From a virus, in IMG/VR virus record IMGVR_UViG_3300042197_002147, positions 64,001-128,000 of that record: a stretch of 64,000 nucleotides of DNA; one strand, 5' to 3'. Numbering within the stretch: position 1 is the stretch's first letter; every line of letters starts with the position of its first letter. The notes under the pieces were generated by a model. It did no database searches. It was given only the letters and a program-made list of their open reading frames with translations, and was not told the DNA's origin. Below, one piece after another: positions 10,386 through 19,811 of the stretch. A program made the position numbers and the translations under genes.

Positions 10386-11060
10386 ATGACAATAGTATAT
10401 AAAGAAAAAAACGGTTATGATGTTATTTCGAGAGATGTTGAAGAAAATTTTCACAAGTATATAAATAAAAACAAAGATGATATAAAAACTATTGTCATAG
10501 TTGGTGGTTATCATTGTTGGGAAGCGCAAAAGTATTTACAATTGTATAAAAATGCTAAAATTTACATATTTGAACCAGTCAGAGAATTTTTTAACATAGT
10601 AAAACAACAATATGGATTAAATCCAAGATGTGAATTACATAATTTGGCAATAACAAGTATAACCGGAGAAATTGATTTTTATAGAACATCTTCTCCGGGT
10701 TCGGATTCAATATATCCAGTAATAGAAAATAATAATAGTGGTTATTCCTTTAAGAGTGTGCAAAAAATAAAAGTAAAATCAGACAAATTATCAAATATTG
10801 TCAAAGAAAATATAGATCTACTAAGTATTGATGTTCAGGGGGCAGAGTTGGAAGTACTTAAAGGAACAAATTTAGAAAATGTTTCTTGTATTTTTGCAGA
10901 AATACAAATGTCACAAAATAAAAATAATCAAGTTTATGATGGTCAATGTTTTTCTGATGATTTAAAAAATTACTTATCCGAAAAATTTGATTTACATTCT
11001 TTAGGTTTGGACAATGAATTAAATAATGGAACTGGTAATAGTTTTTGGATTAAAAAATAA
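10386..11060 (+). CDS. FkbM-family methyltransferase
   Basis: IYIFEP, NLAI, IDLLSIDVQGAELEVLKG. Confidence 0.85.
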   Translation: MTIVYKEKNGYDVISRDVEENFHKYINKNKDDIKTIVIVGGYHCWEAQKYLQLYKNAKIYIFEPVREFFNIVKQQYGLNPRCELHNLAITSITGEIDFYRTSSPGSDSIYPVIENNNSGYSFKSVQKIKVKSDKLSNIVKENIDLLSIDVQGAELEVLKGTNLENVSCIFAEIQMSQNKNNQVYDGQCFSDDLKNYLSEKFDLHSLGLDNELNNGTGNSFWIKK

Positions 11061-11732
11061 ATGAATAAACTTGCTGTAATAGTTCCCTATAGGAATAGAA
11101 AATCTCATTTAGATCAATTTATTCCATATATGAATGATTATTTATTTAAAAATATTGGCAATAATTTTTATATTGTTGTTGTTGAACAATTAAATAAAAA
11201 TTTATTCAATAGAGGAACTTTAATAAACATTGGTTTTGAATTAGAAAAAAACAATTGCGATTATATTTCTCCCCACGATGTTGATTTATTACCAGAAGAT
11301 GCAGATTATTCCATACCAACAATTCCAATTCATTTAGCTGCTTATAGATCACAAAAAAATTATATATTAGAATATGAAAACTTTTTTGGAGGAGTTAATT
11401 TATTTTTAAATGAACATTTTTTAAAAATAAACGGATTTTCTAATTTTTATGCAGGATATGGTGCAGAAGATGATGATTTGCGTCATAGATGTGTTGTTTC
11501 TGGTTTAAGTCCGCAAAGAAGATTTGCAAGATATACATCTTTACACCATGAACCAGTTTCTTCTGCAACAAAAGAAAATGAAACTCTTTGGTTCGATATT
11601 CAAAGAGGAAGCATGAATACCACAATGAATTTTGATGGTCTTTCTACGATAAAGTACAAAACAGTAAAAAAAGAAACTAAAGATTTTGTGCATTATTATG
11701 TTGATTTTGAAAACGAAAGATATACAAAATGA
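11061..11732 (+). CDS. GT7 (beta-1,4-galactosyltransferase-like) glycosyltransferase
   Basis: LAVIVPYRNR, FNRGTLINIG, HDVDLLP, FFGGV, INGFSN...GYGAEDDD. Confidence 0.9.
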   Translation: MNKLAVIVPYRNRKSHLDQFIPYMNDYLFKNIGNNFYIVVVEQLNKNLFNRGTLINIGFELEKNNCDYISPHDVDLLPEDADYSIPTIPIHLAAYRSQKNYILEYENFFGGVNLFLNEHFLKINGFSNFYAGYGAEDDDLRHRCVVSGLSPQRRFARYTSLHHEPVSSATKENETLWFDIQRGSMNTTMNFDGLSTIKYKTVKKETKDFVHYYVDFENERYTK

Positions 11733-12556
11733 GTGATAAAATTTGTGTTTTAGTTGTAAGCCATAATTTTCCAGAACTGACAGATTCTTTGTGTGATTCG
11801 ATAGTTTCAAGAACAAAAAATATAGACTATGATCTACATGTAGTAGAAACTGGTTCAGAGATTACAAATTGTTCAAAATATGCAACTATGTGGGTTAAAG
11901 ATGGTTGTAGAATGACTAGAGGATTTAATCTTTTAAAGCAATACGCAGATGCAGTAAATAAATACAATAATAAAAAAGAATATTCTGCATATATGTTATT
12001 TGTAAATGACGCAAAATTTATAGATGACAAAGATTTAATTTCTATTCTTTACGAGGAAATGAAAAATAAACCAGATTGTGGTCAAATACATCCCTATCAG
12101 AGTAATATTTATTTTCCTCATATGAGACTGGGAAAACTTTCAGAAGATTTAACAAGAAAAGAAAGTTTTTCTGAAATAGTATGTCCCATGATATCAGCAA
12201 AGGCATGGAATGTATGTGGTGAAAATTTTTTAGATAATAGGTTTTATTATGGATGGGGACTAGATTATGATATGCCATATCAGTTACATTTGAATGGTTT
12301 TCGTACTTATATAACAGATAAAGTTGGTATTTTTCATGATCCATTTACATCTTATAAAAATAAAGAAAAAACAAAAGAAAAATTAAATGTAAACGAATTT
12401 GCAAATATAGCAAGAAATAACATGCATCAAGGTTTTTGCGAAAAATATGGGAATAATTGGATGCAAAGTTTAATGGATGGAGTCCCAAATGATGTTTCTA
12501 AAGAAAGTTTGTATTTGTGGTTACACCACAATGATGGATATAATGGTAACAAATAA
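11729..12556 (+). CDS. GT2-like glycosyltransferase
   Basis: VVETGS, FVNDA, FLDNRFYYGWGLDYD pattern; island context. Confidence 0.7.
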   Translation: MSDKICVLVVSHNFPELTDSLCDSIVSRTKNIDYDLHVVETGSEITNCSKYATMWVKDGCRMTRGFNLLKQYADAVNKYNNKKEYSAYMLFVNDAKFIDDKDLISILYEEMKNKPDCGQIHPYQSNIYFPHMRLGKLSEDLTRKESFSEIVCPMISAKAWNVCGENFLDNRFYYGWGLDYDMPYQLHLNGFRTYITDKVGIFHDPFTSYKNKEKTKEKLNVNEFANIARNNMHQGFCEKYGNNWMQSLMDGVPNDVSKESLYLWLHHNDGYNGNK

Positions 12557-13170
12557 TGAAAAATAATATTATTTTTGATTTAGATGGAGTTTTAGTCGAT
12601 GCATGTGACTGGCACTATGAGTCTTTAAATAGAGCTTTAGTTGAATACAATAAAAAACCAATTTCTAGGGAAGATCATTATAAAACTTTTAATGGTTTAC
12701 CTACAAAAATCAAATTGGAAATGCTAAAAATAGACAAAAAAGAAGCAGAAGAAATAAATCGTCTAAAACAAAAACACACTTTAGATGTAATTGAAAATTT
12801 TGGTAAAGTAATGGAAGAAAAAATAGAACTACATAGGTTTTTAAAGCAAAATAATTTTCAAATATCTTGTGTTACAAATTCAATAAAGGAAACAGCATTA
12901 AAAATGCTTAAAATTACTGGTCAATATGATTATATTGATTTATTGGTTACAAACGAAAATGTAAAAAGAAACAAACCACATCCAGATTGTTACATATATG
13001 CAATGGAGATTATGAAAACTACTCCAAATGATGTTTTTTGTGTAGAGGATTCTGATATTGGAGTAAAATCTGCAATGAATGCAAATATTAAAAATTTATT
13101 AATTGTTAAAAATACAAAAGAAGTTAATTTCGAAAGTATTAAAAAATTTATAAATGGAGTTAAACAATGA
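12556..13170 (+). CDS. HAD-family phosphatase
   Basis: FDLDGVLVD, VTNS, KPHPD, VEDS motifs. Confidence 0.9.
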   Translation: MKNNIIFDLDGVLVDACDWHYESLNRALVEYNKKPISREDHYKTFNGLPTKIKLEMLKIDKKEAEEINRLKQKHTLDVIENFGKVMEEKIELHRFLKQNNFQISCVTNSIKETALKMLKITGQYDYIDLLVTNENVKRNKPHPDCYIYAMEIMKTTPNDVFCVEDSDIGVKSAMNANIKNLLIVKNTKEVNFESIKKFINGVKQ

Positions 13171-13883
13171 ATATATTAATACCAATGGCCGGCGAAGGCA
13201 GTAGATTTGCAAAAGAAGGTTATACCTTTCCAAAACCTTTAATTGATGTTTCCGGTAAACCAATGATTCAACAAGTGGTTGAAAACTTAAAATTTGATGC
13301 TAAGTACATTTTTTTGGCAAGAAAAGAGCATTTAGAAAAATATAAAGGTCTTTATTCAACTTTAGATAGAATTACTAATGGAAATTTTGAAATAATTGAA
13401 GTAAATTCTTTAACAGAAGGTGCTGCATGTACCGCTTTGTTGGCTAAACAATTTATTAACAATGAAGAAGATTTATTAATTGCAAATTCAGATCAAATTA
13501 TAGAATATTCTTCCTTAAATTTCAGTTATTTAAAAACTTTTTCTTCAGTAGATGGCATAGTTTTTTGTTTTAATGCGGTTCATCCAAAATGGTCTTTTGT
13601 TGAATTAGATTCTTTTGGGATAGTAACTAAAGTTGCAGAAAAAAATCCAATTTCAAATATAGCAACTTGTGGAATTTATTGGTATCGTAGGGGATCTGAT
13701 TTTGTTTCATGTGCTGAAGAAATGATACAAAAAAATATAAGAGTCAATAATGAATTTTATATTGCACCAGTATACAATGAATTAATAACTAAAAATAAAA
13801 AATTAATTCCATTCTATGTAAACAAAATGTATGGAATAGGAACTCCGGAAGACTTAAACTATTATTTGAAAGTTAAAGAATGA
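13167..13883 (+). CDS. Sugar-phosphate nucleotidyltransferase (NTP_transferase family)
   Basis: IPMAGEGSRF...PKPLI, TEGAACT, VAEK, GTPEDL. Confidence 0.88.
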   Translation: MNILIPMAGEGSRFAKEGYTFPKPLIDVSGKPMIQQVVENLKFDAKYIFLARKEHLEKYKGLYSTLDRITNGNFEIIEVNSLTEGAACTALLAKQFINNEEDLLIANSDQIIEYSSLNFSYLKTFSSVDGIVFCFNAVHPKWSFVELDSFGIVTKVAEKNPISNIATCGIYWYRRGSDFVSCAEEMIQKNIRVNNEFYIAPVYNELITKNKKLIPFYVNKMYGIGTPEDLNYYLKVKE

Positions 13884-14668
13884 AAGATTTAACAATTGCA
13901 ATACCTTTGGGAGTTTCTACGCCAGGAACTCCTGTATTGAGACATCTTAAAAAATGTGTAGATTCTATTAAGAATCAAAAAACAAATTATTCTTATGATA
14001 TTATGTTTGCATGTGATGAGAATGTTTCAGAAGAAATAAAAAATTATTTAGAATCTACTAATTGCTTTATTAAATGGTATGATCCATTTTATTTTTTCAG
14101 AAAAGGTAGTATATGGAAAAAAATATTTGATCAATGGGTTAATAGTGATTCAAAATATATTGCATTTTGTCACTATGATGATATTTGGCATGAAAATAAA
14201 ATACAAACTCAAATTTCTTTCATGGAAAATAATAATTATGATTTGTCTTGGTCTTCAGTTTATGTAATAAACGAAGAGGATTCTGTAGTTTCTAGTGATG
14301 CTGCTTGTTACACAGAATTGAATAAGCACACAATAACACAACCACAATCATACGCTTTTTCTCATTCTTCTATGATGAATAAAGATAAATTCTTAAAAAC
14401 AGGTATAATGGATGTATTGAATGAATCCTCTAGAATTTACGAAGAAGTTCATTTTGTTTTTTGTCACAAATTAGTAGGTAAAAAAAGTAATGATTCTATC
14501 TTCTACCATAGAAATCATTCGAATAGTATTAGTAGTAATTTTAATAAAGATAGTGAAATAATAAATTCACAAAGAAAATTAACAAATTATTCCTTAGAAG
14601 AAGAATATGAAGATGCAAAAAAAATAAACATTAAAAAAATAATTACAGAAATACAAACTACTTTATGA
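13880..14668 (+). CDS. GT2-family glycosyltransferase
   Basis: CVDSIKNQ, YIAFCHYDDIW...KIQTQ, YHRNH. Confidence 0.75.
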   Translation: MKDLTIAIPLGVSTPGTPVLRHLKKCVDSIKNQKTNYSYDIMFACDENVSEEIKNYLESTNCFIKWYDPFYFFRKGSIWKKIFDQWVNSDSKYIAFCHYDDIWHENKIQTQISFMENNNYDLSWSSVYVINEEDSVVSSDAACYTELNKHTITQPQSYAFSHSSMMNKDKFLKTGIMDVLNESSRIYEEVHFVFCHKLVGKKSNDSIFYHRNHSNSISSNFNKDSEIINSQRKLTNYSLEEEYEDAKKINIKKIITEIQTTL

Positions 14669-15111
14669 AAATTATTTCGCATAGAGGAAATCTTTCTGGT
14701 ATAGATTTAAATAGAGAAAATAAAAAATGGGCAATTAATGAATGTTTACTATTAAATTTTGATGTAGAAGTAGATATTCATTATCATAAAAATCAAATTT
14801 TTCTTGGTCACGATTTACCAGAAGAAAAAATTGATATTGAATATTTAATAAAAAATAAAAACAAACTATGGTTACACTTAAAAAATATAGATTCTGTTTG
14901 CTTTTTCCTAAAAAATAAAATAAAATTTAATTGGTTTTGGCATCAAAAAGATGATTTAACTTTAACTAGTTTTGGTATACCGTGGTGTTATCCAGATAAA
15001 TATATTGAATGTGGAGTAACTGTAGTCAAAAATATTAAAAAAGAAATACCAAAAGTTTATGGTATTTGTACAGATTATCCTTTAGAATGGAGAAAATATA
15101 ATGAGTTCTGA
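14665..15111 (+). CDS. PLC-like/GDPD-like phosphodiesterase
   Basis: ISHRGN...EN...FDVEVDI...LGHD...WLHLKN...GICTDY. Confidence 0.8.
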   Translation: MKIISHRGNLSGIDLNRENKKWAINECLLLNFDVEVDIHYHKNQIFLGHDLPEEKIDIEYLIKNKNKLWLHLKNIDSVCFFLKNKIKFNWFWHQKDDLTLTSFGIPWCYPDKYIECGVTVVKNIKKEIPKVYGICTDYPLEWRKYNEF

Positions 15112-15724
15112 TGTCACAAAAACCTTTAGAAATAGTCATGGTGGTTATTCACAGCAAACAGAAGATTTAGAATTGCAAAAAATACTACCAAAATCTGGTT
15201 ATTTTCTTGAAATTGGTTCATATTGTCCTTACACCTTTTCAAACACTAGATTTTTAGTAGAAAGGGGGTGGAAGGGGTGTTATGTTGATGGTTGCTCGTA
15301 TGCTATTAGCAGATTCATTGATGTATATAAGGACAATAATGATATTTCAATAGTTCATGCACTTATTGGAGATAAAGATGATTTTGTTGAGTTTTATAAT
15401 AGCATAGCCGACGCTGTTTCTACAACAGATCAAAATTTTATGAATATGTGGAAATCTGGTGGCCACGCATTTAAGAAAATGTATACATCAATGATAACTT
15501 TTAAAACTTTGCAAAAAATTTTACCACAAAATGTAGATTTTATAAACATTGATGTTGAGGGACAGTCAGCATATTTGTCAACAATAATTGATTATGATAT
15601 TTTAAATACAAAATTTGTGTGTGTAGAACATGATAATAAAATACAAGAGCTAAAAAATAATTTTGCTAATAGGGGATTTGAGCATTATTGGAATAATGAT
15701 ACAAATATAATATTTAAAAGGTAA
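15101..15724 (+). CDS. FkbM-like methyltransferase
   Basis: YSQ, FLEIG...SNT, GWKG, FINIDVEG, CVEH. Confidence 0.8.
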   Translation: MSSDVTKTFRNSHGGYSQQTEDLELQKILPKSGYFLEIGSYCPYTFSNTRFLVERGWKGCYVDGCSYAISRFIDVYKDNNDISIVHALIGDKDDFVEFYNSIADAVSTTDQNFMNMWKSGGHAFKKMYTSMITFKTLQKILPQNVDFINIDVEGQSAYLSTIIDYDILNTKFVCVEHDNKIQELKNNFANRGFEHYWNNDTNIIFKR

Positions 15725-15729
15725 TTTCA

Positions 15730-16380
15730 ATGAAAACTTTAGTTTATGTTGGGGCAAATGCTGGCTACGGTTTATATAATACACTTATGAATTCTTCTAT
15801 AAGGTTTGATAAAATTTATGCATTTGAGCCAGATCCAGAAATCTACAAAATATTAAAAGAAAATTTTAAAAATTTTTTAAATATTAATACTATAAATGCT
15901 GGATGTTCAGATCAATCGGGGACTAAAACTCTGTATGTAACAGAAAATAGAGTTTCTAGTTCTCTTGCAGATGTGAACATGAATAATCAAAATGAAGTCG
16001 GTGGTCATTCTGGGGGTAAACCAGCTTTTAAACAAGTAGATGTCAATATAATTAATCTTTACGATTTCTGTGAACAAAATAATATAAAAGAAATAGATTT
16101 ACTAGTAACAGATTGTCAGGGAAGTGATTATACTATATTAAAAACTATGGAACCTTTATTAAAGGAAAGAAAAATAAAAAATCTATTTTGCGAAACACAT
16201 AGAGATGGGTTTGAAATTTATAATGGATTGGATAATTCTTTTTCTAAATTCAAAGAATTATTAAATGAAAACTATGAAATAGATTTTTTTATGGCAGACA
16301 TTAATTATGTTGATAAAAACAATACAGAAGAATTGTTCAAACATATAGAATGGGACACCATGTGGAAACTTAAGTCATAA
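15730..16380 (+). CDS. FkbM-family methyltransferase
   Basis: YVGANAG, YAFEPDP, IDLLVTDCQGSD. Confidence 0.85.
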   Translation: MKTLVYVGANAGYGLYNTLMNSSIRFDKIYAFEPDPEIYKILKENFKNFLNINTINAGCSDQSGTKTLYVTENRVSSSLADVNMNNQNEVGGHSGGKPAFKQVDVNIINLYDFCEQNNIKEIDLLVTDCQGSDYTILKTMEPLLKERKIKNLFCETHRDGFEIYNGLDNSFSKFKELLNENYEIDFFMADINYVDKNNTEELFKHIEWDTMWKLKS

Positions 16381-16414
16381 ATAAATAGTATAGACTTAAA
16401 GGATAAATAAAAAT

Positions 16415-17608
16415 ATGAAAAAACTAGCATTATGCATGATCGTGAAAAATGAATCTCACATTATTCGTGAGTGTCTGAATTCTGTTGCAAATATCGTAGA
16501 CTATTGGGTTATTTGTGACACTGGTTCTACTGACGGTACTCAAGAAATAATTAAAACCTTTTTTCAAGAAAAAGGAATACCCGGAGAACTACACGAAAGA
16601 GAATGGAAAGGTTTTGGTCATAATAGAACCGAAGCATTTAAATTATGTGAAGGTAAAGCAGAATATGCTTTTGTCATAGATGCTGATGATTATGTTGATG
16701 GAAATTTGGTTATTCCAAAAAACATGACTTCTGATGCGTATGCAGTTCGCATGGGTAGACCAGAATTTTCTTGGTGGAGAAATCAAATATTTCGTTTAGA
16801 TGCTAAGTGGAGTTATGTTGGTGTTCTTCACGAATATGCTGCATGTGAAAAGCAAAATCCAATAGTACAAAAATTAGAGGGAAACTATAGAGTGGTTGCT
16901 CGTACTCTTGGAGCAAGAAACAAAGATATAACACCAATAGAGAAATACAAGAAAGATGCTGAAGTTCTGGAAAAAGCATTAGTTGATGAACCAACAAATT
17001 CAAGATATCAATTCTATCTTGCACAAAGTTATTTTGACTCTCAACAATATGACAAAGCAGAAACAGCGTATATTAAAAGAGCAGAAATGGGTGGATGGGC
17101 CGAAGAAGTCTATTATTCAATTTATAGAGTTGCAATAGCAAAAGCACTTCAGAATAAACCATGGCCGGAAGTTCAACAGACATTTTTAGATGCGTACAAT
17201 TATCGTCCAACAAGAGCAGAACCACTTTATCATATTGCTCAGGTTTATAGACAAAAATTTAATATGCCAGTTTTAGCTTATATGTTTGCTAAAGCGGCAA
17301 TGGATATACCTTTCCCGGAACAAGACATATTGTTTGTTCCTGACATAGTATACAATTTTGGTATTTTGGATGAAATTTCTGCTACGGCATTTTATGCTGG
17401 ACATCCTATGGTCGGTTACATAGCAACGGAAAAATTGTTAAAGAGTGGAAAAATACCCCCAGACGAGTTACCAAGAATTCAAAAGAACTTTGAACAGTAT
17501 CAAAAAGTAATAGATCAAATGGTAGAACAGGGATTGTTGGAAAACCCACAGAAAAATCAACCATCTCCTATCAAAAAGAAAACATTTAAGAAGAGAATAA
17601 AAGCATAA
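16415..17608 (+). CDS. GT2 + TPR protein (putative protein glycosyltransferase)
   Basis: LCMIVKNE...CDTGSTDGT...IDADD...GVLHE, followed by TPR-like helices (FYLAQSY, PTRAEPLY). Confidence 0.85.
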   Translation: MKKLALCMIVKNESHIIRECLNSVANIVDYWVICDTGSTDGTQEIIKTFFQEKGIPGELHEREWKGFGHNRTEAFKLCEGKAEYAFVIDADDYVDGNLVIPKNMTSDAYAVRMGRPEFSWWRNQIFRLDAKWSYVGVLHEYAACEKQNPIVQKLEGNYRVVARTLGARNKDITPIEKYKKDAEVLEKALVDEPTNSRYQFYLAQSYFDSQQYDKAETAYIKRAEMGGWAEEVYYSIYRVAIAKALQNKPWPEVQQTFLDAYNYRPTRAEPLYHIAQVYRQKFNMPVLAYMFAKAAMDIPFPEQDILFVPDIVYNFGILDEISATAFYAGHPMVGYIATEKLLKSGKIPPDELPRIQKNFEQYQKVIDQMVEQGLLENPQKNQPSPIKKKTFKKRIKA

Positions 17609-17611
17609 ATA
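17604..17611 (+). promoter_or_regulatory. Late promoter-like box for the tail-fibre island
   Basis: CATAAATA followed by GGGAG RBS and ATG 17631. Confidence 0.55.
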
Positions 17612-17630
17612 TGTCTATAGGGAGATACAA

Positions 17631-18062
17631 ATGCCAGCATCAAAATATGACATTTATGCAGAACAGGGTTCAACTTTTAAGTTACATCTAGATTACAAAT
17701 ATAAAGGTGGCACTGGTATAGATTTGAGCACCTTTACTGGAGAAATGCAAGTCAGAAGATCAGAAAAAGATTCTCAGGCTGTTTTGTTTCTTACACATTT
17801 AGGTGTCACTGGCGGAGGTTCTACTGGAGAATTTACTATTGGAGTTGATGGTGTTGCTGGAATTGGTGGTATTAGTTTCAATACATCAACAAATGGAACA
17901 GTTGGTTATACTGGTGGAATAATGTTCAGAGTCGATAAAACTACAATGAAAAATATTCCAGCTGGTAAACATTTTTATGATTTTGAAATTACAAATAGCG
18001 TAGGTGAAACATATAGATTGGTGGAAGGATCATTTGAGGTATCAAGAGAAATCACAAGATAA
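17631..18062 (+). CDS. Virion structural/tail-fibre adaptor-like protein
   Basis: IYAEQGSTF...MQVR...YDFEI...RLVEGSFEVSREITR pattern common ahead of phage fibre genes. Confidence 0.6.
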   Translation: MPASKYDIYAEQGSTFKLHLDYKYKGGTGIDLSTFTGEMQVRRSEKDSQAVLFLTHLGVTGGGSTGEFTIGVDGVAGIGGISFNTSTNGTVGYTGGIMFRVDKTTMKNIPAGKHFYDFEITNSVGETYRLVEGSFEVSREITR

Positions 18063-18065
18063 AAG

Positions 18066-19811
18066 ATGTCAAACTCAAATGATAATGTTTTATTAATTAT
18101 TACAACATTTAGAAATCAGAGCGAAGTAAGTGCTTCTGGTACTAATGTTAATAATTTAATTCCATCTTCATTACAATCAACTAAAATAGAATACGCAGGA
18201 AATAGCGTAAATAATATTATAGTAAATCCTGCTCAATCCGCAGAGATAACTGTAACTCCCTTCGTTAATTCAACGAATATAATTGCAACAACAGAGAAAA
18301 CTACTGTTTTGGTTGCAACTCCCCTTGGTCCTTCTATTCCTGGCGCAGCAGGTCCGGCCGGAATTGCCGGAGCAACTGGTAATACTGGTGCAACTGGACC
18401 AACTGGTCCTGTTGGTGATTATGTCATATCATTGAATGGATTAACTGGAATTATTGGTATAAGTGCCGGAACAAATGTAATAATTACAAGTTCTGGAAAT
18501 GACATCATAATAGGTTCTTCTGGTGGATCTGGTGTTCCCGGTGGAAATAACACACAAATACAATTTAACAACAATGGTGCTTTCGGTGGTTCTAGTAATT
18601 TAACATGGCAAGAATCTGCGCCTGCTGGATCTGGTAAAACTGCTTCTTATGTTGAATTTAAAAATAGGTCTGGAATAAAGTTATATGAAAAATCAACATA
18701 TGGTAATAATTTTATCAGTTTTGTTGCTCCAGAGATCATTGATGATACAAGTGGATCGGTATATGTATTTCCTTCCGGTCTTTGCGGTCCAGTAAACAGT
18801 TATTTGTCATTGACTAATAAAAATAACGGAATATATCAACTAAGTTGGGTAAAAAACATTTATTTGGAGCTTTTGGATACTTCTGCTGTCAACACCGATA
18901 CACTAACTGTTGGTTCTTTGATAACTTTTGCAGATGGAACTACTCTTTCTTCAGCAGATACAATTGTTGGTGCTACAGGCGCAACTGGTGCAACTGGTGC
19001 TACTGGTTCTCAAGGTGTTCAAGGAATTCAAGGACCAACTGGTTCTACGGGCGCAACTGGTGCTACTGGTTCTCAAGGTATACAGGGAAATACAGGACCA
19101 ACAGGTGCTACTGGATCACAGGGTATTCAGGGACCTCAAGGAACTACTGGTGCTACTGGTTCTCGCGGAACAACTGGTTCGTCTGTTTTAAATTTTTCAA
19201 TACTTGATGGTTATTTGGAATATCAAATACAAAATTTTAGTCCAGATGTTATTTTAAATGGAAATGCTGGTTATGTAGTTGGTTCTATTGGACCAACTGG
19301 TCCTACTGGTGCTACTGGTTCTCAAGGCATACAGGGAAATACAGGACCAACAGGTGCTACTGGTTCTCAAGGCATACAGGGAAATACAGGATCAACAGGT
19401 GCTACTGGATCACAGGGTATTCAGGGACCTCAAGGAACCACTGGTGCAACTGGTCCGACAGAAGATAATATAACACTTTTTATTGATGGAACACCGGATG
19501 AAATATCTACAGGTAATAAGGGTTATAAGCAAATACCATATGATTGCTCTATATTGGAATGGTACATTTTGGCAGGACAAACTGGATCAATACAATTCGA
19601 TATTAAAAAATCTTCGTTTAATAATTATCCATCAACTTCTTCTATAGTCGGAGGAGATTATCCAAATTTGTCATCTCAATTAAAAAATTCAAACACCGGA
19701 GTAACACTTTGGTCTGGTATATCTGGTGGAGATATGATTGATTTTGTGATAAATAGTAACACAGGCATAGAAAAAGTAGGTTTATTCATTAAAATACGGA
19801 GAACTTTATGA
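18066..19811 (+). CDS. Collagen-repeat tail fibre protein
   Basis: Three G-X-Y tracts ([13 protein letters not shown]...), VISLNGLTG and [17 protein letters not shown] fibre motifs. Confidence 0.85.
   Translation: MSNSNDNVLLIITTFRNQSEVSASGTNVNNLIPSSLQSTKIEYAGNSVNNIIVNPAQSAEITVTPFVNSTNIIATTEKTTVLVATPLGPSIPGAAGPAGIAGATGNTGATGPTGPVGDYVISLNGLTGIIGISAGTNVIITSSGNDIIIGSSGGSGVPGGNNTQIQFNNNGAFGGSSNLTWQESAPAGSGKTASYVEFKNRSGIKLYEKSTYGNNFISFVAPEIIDDTSGSVYVFPSGLCGPVNSYLSLTNKNNGIYQLSWVKNIYLELLDTSAVNTDTLTVGSLITFADGTTLSSADTIVGATGATGATGATGSQGVQGIQGPTGSTGATGATGSQGIQGNTGPTGATGSQGIQGPQGTTGATGSRGTTGSSVLNFSILDGYLEYQIQNFSPDVILNGNAGYVVGSIGPTGPTGATGSQGIQGNTGPTGATGSQGIQGNTGSTGATGSQGIQGPQGTTGATGPTEDNITLFIDGTPDEISTGNKGYKQIPYDCSILEWYILAGQTGSIQFDIKKSSFNNYPSTSSIVGGDYPNLSSQLKNSNTGVTLWSGISGGDMIDFVINSNTGIEKVGLFIKIRRTL
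19059..19452 (+). repeat. Near-identical collagen-coding direct repeats
   Basis: GGTGCTACTGGTTCTCAAGGyATACAGGGAAATACAGGAyCAACA unit occurs at ~19059, ~19308 and ~19353; the CAGGGTATTCAGGGACCTCAAGGAAC tail is also duplicated. Confidence 0.8.

Noticed and set aside
18960-19460. CRISPR array or DGR template/variable repeat
   Set aside because: The repeats are in-frame collagen codons without unique spacers; no reverse transcriptase or cas operon is in the window
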